From assembly GCF_009914755.1 (NCBI RefSeq), contig NC_060927.1: DNA of 64,000 nucleotides. One strand, given 5' to 3'. Position numbers and translations under genes: made by a program. Below, one piece after another: positions 12,750 to 27,073 of the stretch. The notes under the pieces are model-generated. The model made no database searches and was not told where the DNA came from. It saw only the letters and a list, made by a program, of their open reading frames with translations. The DNA comes from the human T2T-CHM13v2.0 reference genome, Homo sapiens. Positions within the stretch are counted from its first letter, which is position 1. Each line of letters starts with the position of its first letter.

Positions 12750-13589
12750 GTGGCATAAATACAATGCCATGCTTTATTTCATAGAGGTGTGATGCAAACA
12801 AATTAGACCCTTTCTCCACTCACCCTCAATGCCGAAATAAAAGGTATTTCCATTCCATAAGTCATAGTCTATTCCAAACAGATCTTTTCATCTCTTTACA
12901 GACTCTCTTTCTTCAGCAAAAAGAAAAATGGCCAAATAAGAAATCAGTGCACCAAATTCATATTCATATTTTCTTGTTGTTTCTACTGAAATATATTGCC
13001 TTTCCTTCAATGAATAGATAAGTTGAAAAATTAAGTGGATATTGCATATCCAATTTTCTAAAGACTTAAACTCATGATAACAAAATTCGAACTCCTACAA
13101 GCAAATGTGAGCACTAGAATGAATAGTTCTTTTGTTCATATAGATAGATTGTAAGTGCACAGCTGTTTGTGGCAGGAAGGAAGGAAACAATAAAAAGGAG
13201 AAAAGTAAAAGTACCACATTAATCCATTGTGTTATTATTCTGCAGTTAATTCCCGAGGCAGAATCTTCTTGAAAACAGCAGGAGTCTCTCAGGCCACTGC
13301 ACAATCCTTTAGCACATGGTACCCAATCCAAAACGTAAACAAGGTAGAATACCTGAAATTTGAACACTCTGTTGGTAAAAGCCTATGACACCAGGGAAAA
13401 TCTCAGACCAATCTACTCTCCCAGTACAAGACTCACAATTTAGTGAGTATGCCTATTGAAATCTGCAATGTTACTAAGCAAACACATGGTGAGATAATGT
13501 GTTTACATAAATGTTGGAAAAAGTACCAAAGATCTGCTGGGCCCAAATTCTATGAGGCAATTCCAATAATTTCTTACATTGCTTCAGTG

Positions 13590-13770
13590 CTTCAGCCTCA
13601 CAATAGTCCTGTAAAGTATAAAATATTGAGATTATCAAATCTGTCCTATTATAAAGGAAAAGATATAAGTAGAGAAACTAAGTAATTTGGCCAAATTCAC
13701 AGAGCTAGAGAATGTTGAAGCCATAATTCCAACCCCCAGTTCTATGGATTTCTGGTCCAACATTCTTCTC
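13590..13770 (-). mobile_element. MIR SINE fragment
   Basis: 'cctcacaatagtcctgtaaagta...agtaatttggccaaattcacagagctag'. Confidence 0.6.
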
Positions 13771-15895
13771 CCAACAACACAGGGAAAGACAGCTTGATAA
13801 GCTCCCAAATATATACAGCAACAAGAGTGAAAATAATCCAATAAAGTCTTAAAATTTTTGGTTTCCTTATGAAGTCTTTCTGTGGCCACAGTAAGCCTAA
13901 AGTCATGTTTATTTTTTTCTCCTATCCCAGTTGCATGCCCTAGAAATGCACAGCTGCATATCTCTCTTTCAGAAGAGAACTAAGACATTCTCAAGATATA
14001 GCTGTGATATATTCATCCTAGAGCTTGTACCTGAGCAGCAGGAACCAAGACTCTTTCAGTAAAACAGCAGGCACCATCTTTCATCTCACTCAACTTGTCT
14101 GAAAGTCTAGGAACCAGAGCTGAAGAATAAAAGGAACAATGAAATGTAATCTCTCCTGCTATTTCCCCTCACCCCTTGATACAGTTTTCTGATTTGTTTC
14201 AATGTCTTTGAAGTACATAAAGGAAACGTCAACAAGACACACAACAGTAGTAGTAGAACAGCAGGCACTTAGAAGCTTTAGGATTTGTGCTAGCTTGGCA
14301 TTTCCAAAAGGCATTCCTTTGGGGATCAAAATACTGAACACAAAGCCTGTATGCTCTGCAGGGAAACCTGATGCCTGGGCAAAGTCAAGCCATTTCAAAG
14401 GTTCATAGTATCACTTTGGGAAAATCAAAAGGTATTTTTTGAAACTCTAAATCTAGAGCTTAGCACTTTTGACAAGTCATTCAAACCTTACACTATAAAG
14501 GTAGGCCCCTCTGGAATTGCAACCACAATTGATTTTAACAATTAAGGGTAAACAAAATGTTATCCTACAACATGGAAGCAGCAAATTGCCATTTTGAAAA
14601 CCACTCTTTGGCAATCAAGCTGAAACTTCATGAAAATTGTTTTCTCTTTGCTTATTCACCATGTGACAAACTCAATAATGAAATCGTAGTTCTCAAAGGC
14701 AGAAAAAGCAGACTTTGTAGATATTCAACCCTGAATACCTTCATGAACTCCAACTCACTGACTGCATCCGTGGGCCATTTCATCAATCAAGAAAACCAAT
14801 CCCAAAATATCCCCCCAAAATGGTAACATTAGCATATGAAAGCAAGAGAGCAAGTGTTATCTAAATCACTCTTCAGTATTGTAAAGTATTGTAAGGTGGT
14901 GTTTCAATATATAGAATACCTATTTACTATTTAAAGCCCAAATGAAGACGTAGAGCTTGAACATTTAGAGGAGGGAGGGAAAAGTAATAGAGCGTAAGGT
15001 TGATGGTATAAGCCAGGGTGCCTGAAGTTAGTAAAAGTACAGTTTTGTGTTAAAAATGGGGAATAGTCTCATGCAGTATGAATGTAATGCTAAGTGTAAT
15101 GAAGTGGTAAACAAAATAAGTCAGTTTCAGATCCTCAGATGTTGTAGTACTCTCAACCAGTTCCAACTTTTGTATTGTTAAGCTCCAGGCTCCCTTTCCA
15201 GGGCATGAGATGCTTGTCTTTTTGCAAAAGGCTCAGGGAATCTAACTGCTTAGGGCAGCTGTTCACATACAGCTCATTCGAATCCACTCTAGGCTGACAG
15301 TATTCAGATCTTTTTTTATGTAATAAAAAGAAGTCTGCAGGTAAGAGTCCTAATATCTCAAGCAAGCACAAAGATCACACTTTTTCTTTTCTTTTTCTTT
15401 TTTAATAAAGAAGTTACCCAAACCTTAGCTACTTAATTTGACCACACTATAGAAGTAATGTAAGTTATAAATAATTAATACCTTTAAAACATATAGCTCT
15501 AAATAACTGCTAAATTATGAATGGCTAATATGAACATTTATTTTTGCACACCAAACTGAGATAGCTCTCTAAAAGAACAAAATGTTGTATCTAGAACTTA
15601 CATGTGCTAATATCTAGTAAATAATAGTATAGCTGAAAAGAAGGTAGAAAATATTTTTTGCAAATACTTAAAGATTGAAATGTTATTAATAAATGTTAAT
15701 AAGTGTTAAGCAAGTATTTATAATTCACTTTGCAGGTTTAAGACAGATAAGAAAGTCTTTTGATGCATTTAAAATTTTAAAGACAAACTACTAGCTTTTC
15801 AGATAAAAATCAGTTATTTTGTAGGTAGAGTAATAGAAAAAATCTTAACATTTTATTATATAAATTATAGTACCAAATTAGTTTTTCTTCAATTA

Positions 15896-16197
<302 letters not shown>

Positions 16198-16798
16198 GAT
16201 GAGACAAAAAAATTTCTTCAAGTAGAATGATGATAGACTTTGATTTTCATATTACAGAAGAAATTATGTTTATACAGATAATGATCTCCAAAGTAAATAG
16301 GTCCCCTTGTTAATTCCAGATTAATATTAAGAAGAAAATCCTACAAATATTTTAACAAAGTGAAATATATTTTGTAGTTCTCAATAGTAAATATTTCAAA
16401 TTAGAATTCTCAGTTCTTACTAGCACCAAATGCAAAACAAAAAGATAATAACTTCATTAATATTAAATGAGATAAGATACAGTCTCATATTTGTGAAGAT
16501 TAAAAATATCAGCATGGAACATTATATTAAAATTAATTGGTCACTATTGTTTGCAACTTATTTTATTGATAATTTAAATAAAAATAATGTAATCCATATA
16601 TTGTGATATATATTATAGTTAATATATAATACTATTTTAATTTGCTATAAATTATTTTTAACCCACATTTAAGTTCCACAAGTTCACTTCCAAAAAGTCG
16701 AGCACTTGAATGTAAACATATTAAGATGTACCTTGCTATTGAGTTTTAGTAAGAAGCACTGCCAGACTAAGCTGTGACCATTACTGGAAAATATTCTG

Positions 16799-17011
16799 GG
16801 CCAGTGATGGTCTTTCATGCCTGTAATCCCAGCACTTTGGGAGGCCAAGGTGGGTGTATCAATTGAGGTCAGGAATTTGAGATCAGGATAGCCAGGCATG
16901 TTGCCACGTGCCTTTAATCCCAGCTACTTGAGAGGCTGAGGCACGAGAATCACTTGAACCTGGGAGGCTGAGGTTGCAGTGAGCCCAGATCACTCTGTCT
17001 CAAAAAAAAAA
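16799..17011 (+). mobile_element. AluS with two internal deletions (linker region and part of the right arm)
   Basis: 'gatcagga|tagccagg' and 'gcccagatc|actctgtctc' skip consensus segments; TSD-like 'attctg'. Confidence 0.88.
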
Positions 17012-17014
17012 TTC

Positions 17015-17423
17015 TGTATTAGTAAGAATTGGCTAGCTCAAGCTGTGCAAATAAACTGAAATGCCACTGACTTCACACAGAAAAGCTTACTTCTTACTGA
17101 TTCAAGGTCCTCTGAAGACTCTCCCATAGGCAGCTCCCTTCCATTGGTGACTATAGTAGAAATAAAACCTACTTCTAACTTGAGGCTCCAACATGCCACA
17201 TAGTTTCTAGGATGCCACAGAGTGGGAAAAGAGAGCTAGAGGATGATGTAGAGTGGTCTGCTCCCTCAGTTCTAAGTGACACATGCCATTTCTCTTCACT
17301 GCGCATTAGCCAGATATCGTCACATGTCACCACCAAAACAAAGGGCTAGAAGGTGTAGTCTTCTGTTTGACCAGGACGGAGAAGAATGCAAGACATTAAG
17401 GAGTACTGGTTATATCTAACACA
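17015..17423 (-). mobile_element. Old MLT1 (MLT1K/L-type) MaLR LTR
   Basis: 'tgtattagtaagaattggctag...ttcactgcgcattagccagatatcgtcacatg...aagggctagaaggtgtagtc...aacaca'. Confidence 0.7.
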
Positions 17424-18009
17424 TCTCCCACCATGCTCATTTTTTTTATATCTTCTTTGGTGATTTCTGTTCCTTATTGCTACCCAAAGAAATGCTCTTT
17501 TACTTCAAAATAATATCTCAAGTTCCTGTCTTCTTCAGTACCTTGAATGGCAATATAAGAATATAAGGTGTTATAACTAAATTCCCCTACACCAATAAAT
17601 GCTGACACATGCTTTGTTGTATGATAAATTATATTAATCTTGACAGCTTGTTTTTTCTCTTTATTGAGTACATATCAAATGCCAAATGCACTGTTCTTTA
17701 ATCTATAATGCCAACTTGTGATACGGATATTTTATTCCTCTTTTGATAATCAAAAAGTGTTATACACAGAAGCAAATCAACCAATGTCACATAGCCAATA
17801 TGTTGCCAAACCAATCAATTCACTCTTGAGTCTATCTGACACCAAAAACTGTGCTCTTTGTGACACAATACATTGCCCATGCTTTTCTACTCCTCTCATG
17901 TCCTTTCTCCCCTTATCAGATGGATATAAAGTGTAAATTCCTCTGGAAATTTGACAAAAATAATTCAACCAAGTCATCACAAATCAAGGAATAAGAGACT
18001 AATTTTAGG

Positions 18010-19027
<1,018 letters not shown>

Positions 19028-19049
19028 GATAGGGTCAGATGTAGAGATC

Positions 19050-19430
19050 TACCAGTTAATTGGCAATGGCTAAAGTTTTCACCCAATGGGCAGTCACATG
19101 GAAGGAATGAAATTGGATAATTATTGACAAAGAAGACTGATAAAGAGATATGAGCCAAAGGTGAGAATATTTATATCTTATGTGAATACTCACCAAAAAG
19201 GACTCCTCTGTAGTAGAGTTACAAAAATGTGAAAATTGTATTGTAGTCGTAGTCTCTTTCTTCAAGTACTTTAGTATTTGCCCAAAGGGCTCCTGAATAT
19301 AGTCAGGAAGGTAAGTTAACTATAAGCTCAACAACATGGATTTCACCTCGCTATGGTGAGGACAATATGGACTGTGTCTAATCTGCCAGAATCATTGAAA
19401 AATACTAAAATCCGCAAGGGGGGCAATACC
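19050..19430 (+). mobile_element. Decayed ERVL-class pol (RNase H to integrase zinc-finger) fragment
   Basis: Colinear translated pieces WAVTWKE*NWIIIDKE, VRIFISYVNTHQK, FAQRAPEYS, AQQHGFHL, CLICQ resemble ERVL WSGTWKEHDWKIGDKE, VKIFVSHVNAHQR, IAQWAHEQS, AQQHGLPL, CPICQ. Confidence 0.75.
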
Positions 19431-19499
19431 TAACCATAAAGTTCTGAGCATAATCAGCTGCAAACATCAACTGATGAAAATGCTATTTTGCTACAGCAT

Positions 19500-19688
19500 T
19501 CCCTTGGCATCGCTCCTGGACAGCTGTTCCCAAAGGCATATTTTTCCTAGATATTTAGGATTTAAGCCTGGTCCCCTTGGTCTATACAGGTTTTCTGGTG
19601 CTGCCAATAGACTTCAAATAAATCACTTCCTACTAAAACTATTGGAGTGAATTTTGTTGTTTGCAACTAAGAATATTCAATGATTGTC
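19500..19688 (+). mobile_element. ERVL LTR 3' end (LTR33/LTR67-like)
   Basis: 'aataaatcacttcctactaaaactattggagtgaattttgttgtttgcaactaagaa'. Confidence 0.55.
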
Positions 19689-20427
19689 TCAAATGGCAAA
19701 CTATCATACATAATGGCAATTTGTGGAAGGAGTGTTCTTTTTTTTTTTTTTGAGCAGTGGAATTTTCTATACATTTTATATTCAACTTTGGTGGGACTTA
19801 AATCCAAGTTTTTAAAGCCAACCGAAACACAGGTGAGAAGCCAAAGGCCACTCTCCTCTCAAGCAAAAATAATTTGAGAGGCAGTGTTCACTTTCCTCAT
19901 GAATGCCAAATATATTCTTTTCAGTTTTCTTAATAATCTCTTACAATCACTCCTTCTATTTATCTTCTGGTTTAAAAATTGTTTGCCCCCTGCACACAGG
20001 CTGCTATAAAATCACATTTTTTTTTTAACTCAAGTGGGTTTTATCAGAAATCAATTCATTGGGATACCACATGTGCTTTGAATCTAAGCTTTTTATTTTA
20101 TTTTCATTTGTATAATGCTATAACTGAAATAACTTTAAAGATCACTAATTCGACATCTTCAAATTATAGAAAAACTGGAACCTAGACAGGGAATGTGAAT
20201 TGTCTATGGTCAGTAATGTTTGGTAAAGCTTGGCTCAGGACCCCACTTCTTTGTCTTTTAACTCAGACTGCTCAATGTTTCTCTTAAATCAGAGGTTCCC
20301 TGCCATAATAATCATTGCTCTATCATTACCCAAATATGTATCTCATATTGCAATTCATATTGTTCCCAAGGTATAGAACCTAAGATTAATAATAATGCCA
20401 AGTTGAATACTATATTTGAAAAGTTTT

Positions 20428-20736
<309 letters not shown>

Positions 20737-21394
20737 TTATTGTTAAACTATAACTTCCTCAAAAATATTTACCTTCTTTGGGCTCACGTTGTGATTATTC
20801 TGGATTCTGAATTTCCCTCACCCTTTAAATTTCCCTCTTCAAGTACCATTTTCTTTGCATTCTCATTGCTATAATTAAATGTATTGTGTTAATATGAAGA
20901 AGAAGCTTTTTCCACCTAATTGGTCTCTTTAATATGTCTTTTAAACATATGTAATTTATTCCTGGGAATGAACTTGGTTATCCTTTGCAGACAAACATCA
21001 AGGTCTACCATGCATAGATAATTCCAGAGATATATTAATTATCTCACTTAAGTAGCAGGCTGAGATGCATCAATATTCCTTTCCTCAGAAAAGTGGTGCT
21101 CATGCATTGGTAATTGAGTGATATGACAAATATATGTAAATATTAATCAATAATAGAGGTGATAAATCTAACCATATTTAAATGACCTTTGAATAACAAC
21201 AAAAAAAGTCTTTTATCTAGAGATTCTTTGGCCTGTACTCAGTTCCACTGTATCTTCTTTGCCCCCAGAATGCTTTGCTTTTATACACAAAACAGTCTTC
21301 AAATGAAAATATACTGCAAATCCCAGTATTAAAAAAGAGAGAAAAGTAGAGTTGCTCTGATGGACTGAAGTGTCTGCCTGACCGGAATCCTCAC

Positions 21395-21425
21395 CTCAGT
21401 TCACACACAGGACTCTGATAGTGAC
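21395..21425 (-). other. Candidate 31-nt minus-strand exon
   Basis: Minus strand: gttatctgttttcctcctag|gtcactatcagagtcctgtgtgtgaactgag|gtgagg. Confidence 0.25.
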
Positions 21426-22606
21426 CTAGGAGGAAAACAGATAACTCTTAAAAGCACAATTAAAGGTACAAGGGATTTGAGACTGAAAGGTATCTTTGAG
21501 ATAATCCTGTTTATAACTCTTCAAAAATGAATGCCATTTTGCTCGAATTAGAGTAAATGTAGGAGGACAAGGAAAAACAAGTTCCTGATCATCAGTGAGA
21601 GTAGCAGCCCCTCCTGCTACCCTCCCTGACATTGAAGACATTTCTGATGACATTTTCCAGACTAATTCAGTTATATTAATGACACTGCGTGAAACATTTG
21701 GATACTTGTTGTAGCATATTTGATATTTATATTCAAACATTAATAATTTGGGACTTCACCTAATGATTCCTCTAATAAATATTTACTGAGAAGTAGAGTG
21801 AGACTTTAATTAGGGAAACTCACAAAGTGAGACTTAATGGGATTTTAATTCCAACTGTATTGCTGCTAAGTACTCGTTGATTTTTGGATGGACCCTAAAC
21901 ACCAGAAAGAAATGTTCCCTGGAACTTTTAAAGATAAATACTTTCGTAGTCATATAAATGGCCATTCTATTATGTTTTAAAAGTGTTACACAATTGATAA
22001 TTTTGAATGAAATTTTCTGGTCACTTTAGTGAAGCAAGTCCTTTTTGACCATTTTGGTAACCATCAATTTCAACATCATGGCGAACTGACTGGGATTCCT
22101 GTTGCCACAGTTACATGAAAGCCCGAAGTGTCTATTGCTTCTTCACAGTTCATCTTCCCTTCTCCCTCAGGTGGAGCTACTTCACCTTCCACTTCAGGAT
22201 TAGTTTTGTGCAAATGTAGTTAACAATCCAGTCTTTAGTCCAAAGCAACATTAAAGTTTGGCTCAGTGTTAAAGGGACTCATAATCAAGCCATCTTGACT
22301 GGTTTATATGTTCCAACTCTAGTAAAAGAGCCACTTCCTGTTTTGAGAACACCAACTCAGATAACTGGACTCTTTATTTGTTTTCCTGGGCGTGGGTCCA
22401 TGTGATAAACTGTCTCTTTCCACAATGCCACCTTAGATGTTTGGATCCTATGTCTAGCTGCAATGTCATGCCAAGTACTGGGACTGTTTCCTCTATAAAA
22501 GGGTTAGATAACACTGTGAAGGGAAATCCTCAGCATCAAATTCTTACAAAGAAATAATGGAAATGATGTTGTGCTGAGAGAGAACTTCAACAAAGGTCCA
22601 GTCTTC

Positions 22607-22915
22607 TACTCAACATAGTAATTCAACAAGTATTTACTGAACATTTATTATATGTCAGGCATTGTTCTAAGCACTGGAGATACAGAAGCAACTAAGTCTC
22701 TATCCTCATAAAGCACACTAAGTCTCTATCCTCATAAAACTAACATTTAAATGAGATAGCCAAACAATAAATAAATATAAAAATATACAGAATAATGTCA
22801 GGTAATAAGATGAGCTATAAAGGAAAATAATGTAGGATAAAGGGATAGAAAATGATAGCTGCTCTTTTGATAGAAAAAATATTTCTGAGGAGATGGCATT
22901 TGAACAGAAATTTGA
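22607..22915 (-). mobile_element. L2 3' end containing a 22-bp direct duplication
   Basis: 'attcaacaagtatttactgaacatttattatatgtcaggcattgttctaagcactggagatacag'. Confidence 0.85.
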
Positions 22916-23489
22916 TTTATCTAAATTTATCCCTCTTTTTAACTAAGATTTAGAAAAATGGAGCCTAATAAGAGACAAACATGCCAAACGGTGCCCCAAG
23001 AACTGCTCAAGATGGATCTAAATGATCTATTCCCCCGAGGTGTAAAAAATGTGTGCTAAGAAGAGAATTTAAGGCTTCTCTTAAATTTGGTTTCAATAAT
23101 ATAGGAGGAATTTTCTAGATCTAACATACCCTCCTTGGTAGGCCAGAAATACCTTTTGAGATGGTTTTCATACTTTCTGCAAGAGTTAATGGTTTGGTCC
23201 CATAAATGTGAAATTAGAGAACCTGGACTCTGACCCACAAGAGAACCAAGACAAATAGAATAAATCTCCTTGTCTTAGACACAATTAAAGGAGACCTCCA
23301 CCTCCAATCATTGTCTCTATCAGTAGCAGCCTCAACACCCTTACTGCTGGCTCCCCGGGATTTTAGATCCCAGTTGCAGTGCCTCTGAAGTTTTAATAAT
23401 AATAAAAAAAAGCTGTTCTCTGTATCTTTCAGGAGTAACTTCAGCTTGATACCTGGAATTATTATGAACCATAGTCTTTTAAATATGAG

Positions 23490-23830
23490 AGAAAAGAGGA
23501 GATATTGGCCAAAGAATACCAAATTTCAGTTATAAGACAAATAGTCTGTAGATCTAATGTACAGCATGATGACTATAGTTAATATAGCAATGTGTCCTAT
23601 ATTCAAAATTTGCTAAGAAAGTAGATCTCAAGTATTCTCACCCCTCTGTCCCCCAACCCACCACACAAAAGATGAATAGGCCAGTTGTTGGATATGTTGG
23701 CACAATTGTGGTAGTCGTTCCACAATGTATACATTTAGCAAAAATATCACGTCGTACACCTAAAATATATACAATTTATATGTGTTAATCATACCTCAAC
23801 AAAGCTAAGAACAAAGTATTAATAAATAAA
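23490..23830 (+). mobile_element. L1MA/MB 3'UTR fragment
   Basis: 'gatctaatgtacagcatgatgactatagttaat...tgctaagaaagtagatctcaagtattctca...atacctcaacaaagct'. Confidence 0.85.
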
Positions 23831-24321
23831 TAATGTCCTATTTGTCCTCCCTTTCTTCTGTTTCCTGCACTGCAGCTATAGTGATCATTCCAAAAGGAAT
23901 ATTTGATCCAGTCTCAACAAGATGTTAAATGACAAAATTCCTTATGTCTTGAATTTTGGATGGGAATGAATCACTATAATCACATTCTAAAGAAAGTTTC
24001 TAGATACACTCATGCGGGACTTGTTAAAACACAGCAAAGAGAATGAAACAACCATTAGAAACTCAAATATCTATTTTAATAGGAGACTAACATGTTTTAA
24101 TATTAACATATTCTTTAATATTAATCCTACCCTTCCTTAAGGGAAAGATAAGAGAGGGGTATCATCAACCTCTCAAGCCAAGTGAGGAAAATGCTAAGGA
24201 CAATAAAACATCTGGGAGATTGAGTTGCTTGCAAAAATTAGGGACTGCCATTTTACTTTGCTCCTGAATGTTTACTAAATTACTAAGATATACATGTAGA
24301 TTACCAGACTAAAGAAATATG

Positions 24322-24618
24322 GGCCAGGCGCGGTGGCTCACGCCTGTAATCCCAGCACTTTGGGAGGCTGAGGCGGGAGGATCACGAGGTCAGGAAATCA
24401 AGACCATCCTGGCTAACACGGGGAAACCCCGTCTTTACCAAAAATACAAAAAATTGGCCGGGCGTGGTGGCGGGCGCCTGTAGTCCCAGCTACTCAGGAG
24501 GCTGAGGCAGGAGAATGGCGTGAACCCGGGAGGCGGAGCTTGCAGTGAGCCAAGATCGAGCCACTGCACTGCAGCCTGGGCGACAGAGTGAGACACCGTC
24601 ACAAAAAAAAAAAAAAAA
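24322..24618 (+). mobile_element. AluY, CpG-rich and young
   Basis: Near-consensus AluY; exact TSD aaagaaatatg (24311-24321, 24616-24626). Confidence 0.97.
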
Positions 24619-25135
24619 GAAATATGAAGACATTTGGGGATAGCTTGAGATATGGCCCCTTAGGGAGAGGTAGGGTGTATGTGTGCGTTATTTAGAAACT
24701 CATACCTGCATATTAATGGGAGGATTCTGGAGGTTAGAGGCCAGCTGGAGCAGTACTGGAGACTAGGGCAAGGAAGGAGGGTACAGCGTGACAAGCCTGC
24801 CTTCCTGCTACTTGGTGTGGTAAGCATGATGAATTTTCTATTGGCCAAATGGATGCCATGGAAAGTAGCTCTTTTAAAGAGAATTCATCTCAGTAGGATG
24901 CCTGGTGAAATAAAGAGATATCAAGGGTGAATGTGGTTACATATCCACATAGCAGCTGGAGGAGGAAGCATCTGCAAACGTTCTGTCAGAAGATATATTT
25001 CCTAGTTGTGTGGAAACTGTCATTTGGCAGTTTCTGTGAGGCCTCCAAAGAACCCAAAAATGCAACTCATGAGAGAGTTTTTGCAAATATCAAGGGCATC
25101 AAACCAAAGAGTACAAATAAAATAGTAAAAATTAC

Positions 25136-25199
25136 CTAAAGCCCACCCGCCTTTCTTCTGGCTTCCACTCCCCTGCCCCAGCCTCAGAAGAGTCCACAG
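25136..25199 (-). other. Candidate 64-nt minus-strand exon
   Basis: Minus strand: ttttctcactcttcttctggctctttcaattatcataatctctcaag|ctgtgg...gggctttag|gtaatt; purine-rich body. Confidence 0.25.
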
Positions 25200-25435
25200 C
25201 TTGAGAGATTATGATAATTGAAAGAGCCAGAAGAAGAGTGAGAAAACAGACTATGACTTCTTTCCCACTGCAGATCCCTGAGCCATGAGCGAGGCATCCA
25301 TTTAAAAGAGGAGTGAGGCATGGAAATGAACAAGAGGCTGGCATTTTGTGGTTGGACTCGACTATATCTTTAATACATTAAAATAAGTCATAGTTATAAA
25401 AATAAGACTTCTATAACTGAATATTACCAAAAAGA

Positions 25436-26448
25436 AACTTCCACTTTTAGCCATGATGATGAAACAGGGACTGGATTTACACTTACAATGGAAACTATGA
25501 ACAAAACCAGGTAAAATATATGAAACAACAGATTTTAGATGTTGGATATCAGGCAGCCCAAGACAGTGATTCCTGATTGAGGAGGGAAAAAATAAAGTAA
25601 TTTGTGTGATAGCCCCCAGCTTACAATCTATAGAGAGTATACAGGTCATTGTGCAGGAAGAAGAACCTGAAAAAAGCCCAGCCATCATGCTAAATTAAGA
25701 CAGACTGTAGGGTACAGCGATGTCATCGTGTGTAACTTTTTCTAGAGGGAGTACTGGAGGAGAAAGAGCTAAGCAAAGAGAGAGTTCTAGATCCCTATGG
25801 AGAGGCAGGGAAAGGAATCTAAAAAAGCCCAGTGGTGTCCCTAATTTAAGAGACCTGAGGGTCCAGGGATGTCAAGTTGTTCAGCTTTCTCTAGACAGAA
25901 TACTGGAGAAGACAGAGCTGAGCAAACAGAGAGTTCTAGATAGCTAGCTGTAGAGAGGTCCCTCAAGTCTTCAGCTGAGTACTGGTAACCCAAGTGTGTG
26001 AGGAAAAGCAAATCTTCATGAGCAGGTGAATGGATAAATAAAGTGTTGTACACTTAATGAAATACTGCTGGTCTATAAAAAAGGGATGAACTATTGATAC
26101 ATGCAACTGCATGGATGGATCTCAAAATAATTATACTAAGTGAACGAAGACAAACAGAAAGAGCACATCGTGTTTTATTCCACTTACACACAATTATGGA
26201 ATATGAATACCAATTTACAGTCACAGAAAGCAGATCAGGGCTGGTGAGATTAGGGTAGGGTAAGGGGGTGAGAAAAGGAGGATGACACAGAGGATGAGGA
26301 AACTTTAAGGAGTGATGCATATGTGCATTGTCTTGGTTGTGATGATGGATTCATGGGCATGTACATATGTCAAAATGTATTAAATTCCACAATTTAAATT
26401 TGTATATAGTTTTGAATTGAGTTATAACTCAATAAAGCAGTTTTAAAA
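25436..26448 (+). mobile_element. L1ME: 5'UTR (L1MEc-type) fused directly to an L1ME 3' end
   Basis: 5' 'acttccacttttagccatgatgatgaaacagggactggatttac'; junction about 26005; 3' 'caggtgaatggataaa...ctcaaaataattatactaagtgaa...aactcaataaagcagtt'. Confidence 0.8.
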
Positions 26449-26679
26449 TGGAGGGTGACAGATCTTACTAGAATGTTTTCAAAGAAGAGAGAAAGGAAAG
26501 TAGACATCATTCAGTTAAACGTAGTCATTGGGGAAATTAGAGCCATATTTTGGTGATAGCTTCTTTGATTTCAATTTATTCTATCAATTATTCATAGCTA
26601 CATGTGGCTTAACAACGTGCTTAAAATATAATTCTGAGTTAGTAACATAATTTACAGAGTTCCCCATTATGTGGGCACA

Positions 26680-27073
26680 CCTGTATCTCTAGTCCTTTCA
26701 CACACACTACACTGCATCCCTACCATATTTTCATTCAGTGCTATTTACACTCCTGAACTTGATATACTATTTTTCACCTTTGGTTCTTCAATCATTATGT
26801 TCTCTGCCAAAATACACTTCTCCCACCAGCTGCATCCCTATGCCTCATTCTCCCAAGAGGTCTTTCCTGACAGCCTACTCTAGGTTGAGTACCCATGACA
26901 AGTGTTCTCAAAGCATGCTACTCTATTGCACCTCATAACACTCATCAAGTTTATATTACTTGTTTTTATAAGACCGTAAACTCTCTGATACATTTATTGC
27001 TATATCCCCAAGAATATAGCCCAAAAACTAGTTTATGAATGACACTCAAAAAATATTTGTTGAATGACTGAAT
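26680..27073 (+). mobile_element. L2 3' end
   Basis: Ends 'cactcaaaaaatatttgttgaatgactgaat'. Confidence 0.7.

Noticed and set aside
17781-17817. Three CCAAT pentamers in 37 bp
   Set aside because: Only one has NF-Y-like flanks, the spacing is too tight and there are no other promoter signs
21426-22450. Possible processed pseudogene or coding region (104-aa minus ORF; LHLHKTNPEVEGEVAPPEGEG frame near 22100-22220)
   Set aside because: No recognisable homology, frequent stops, no poly-A or TSD
24700-24725. Second minus-strand AG|GT motif (cccattaatatgcag|gtatgag)
   Set aside because: Poor pyrimidine tract; expected by chance
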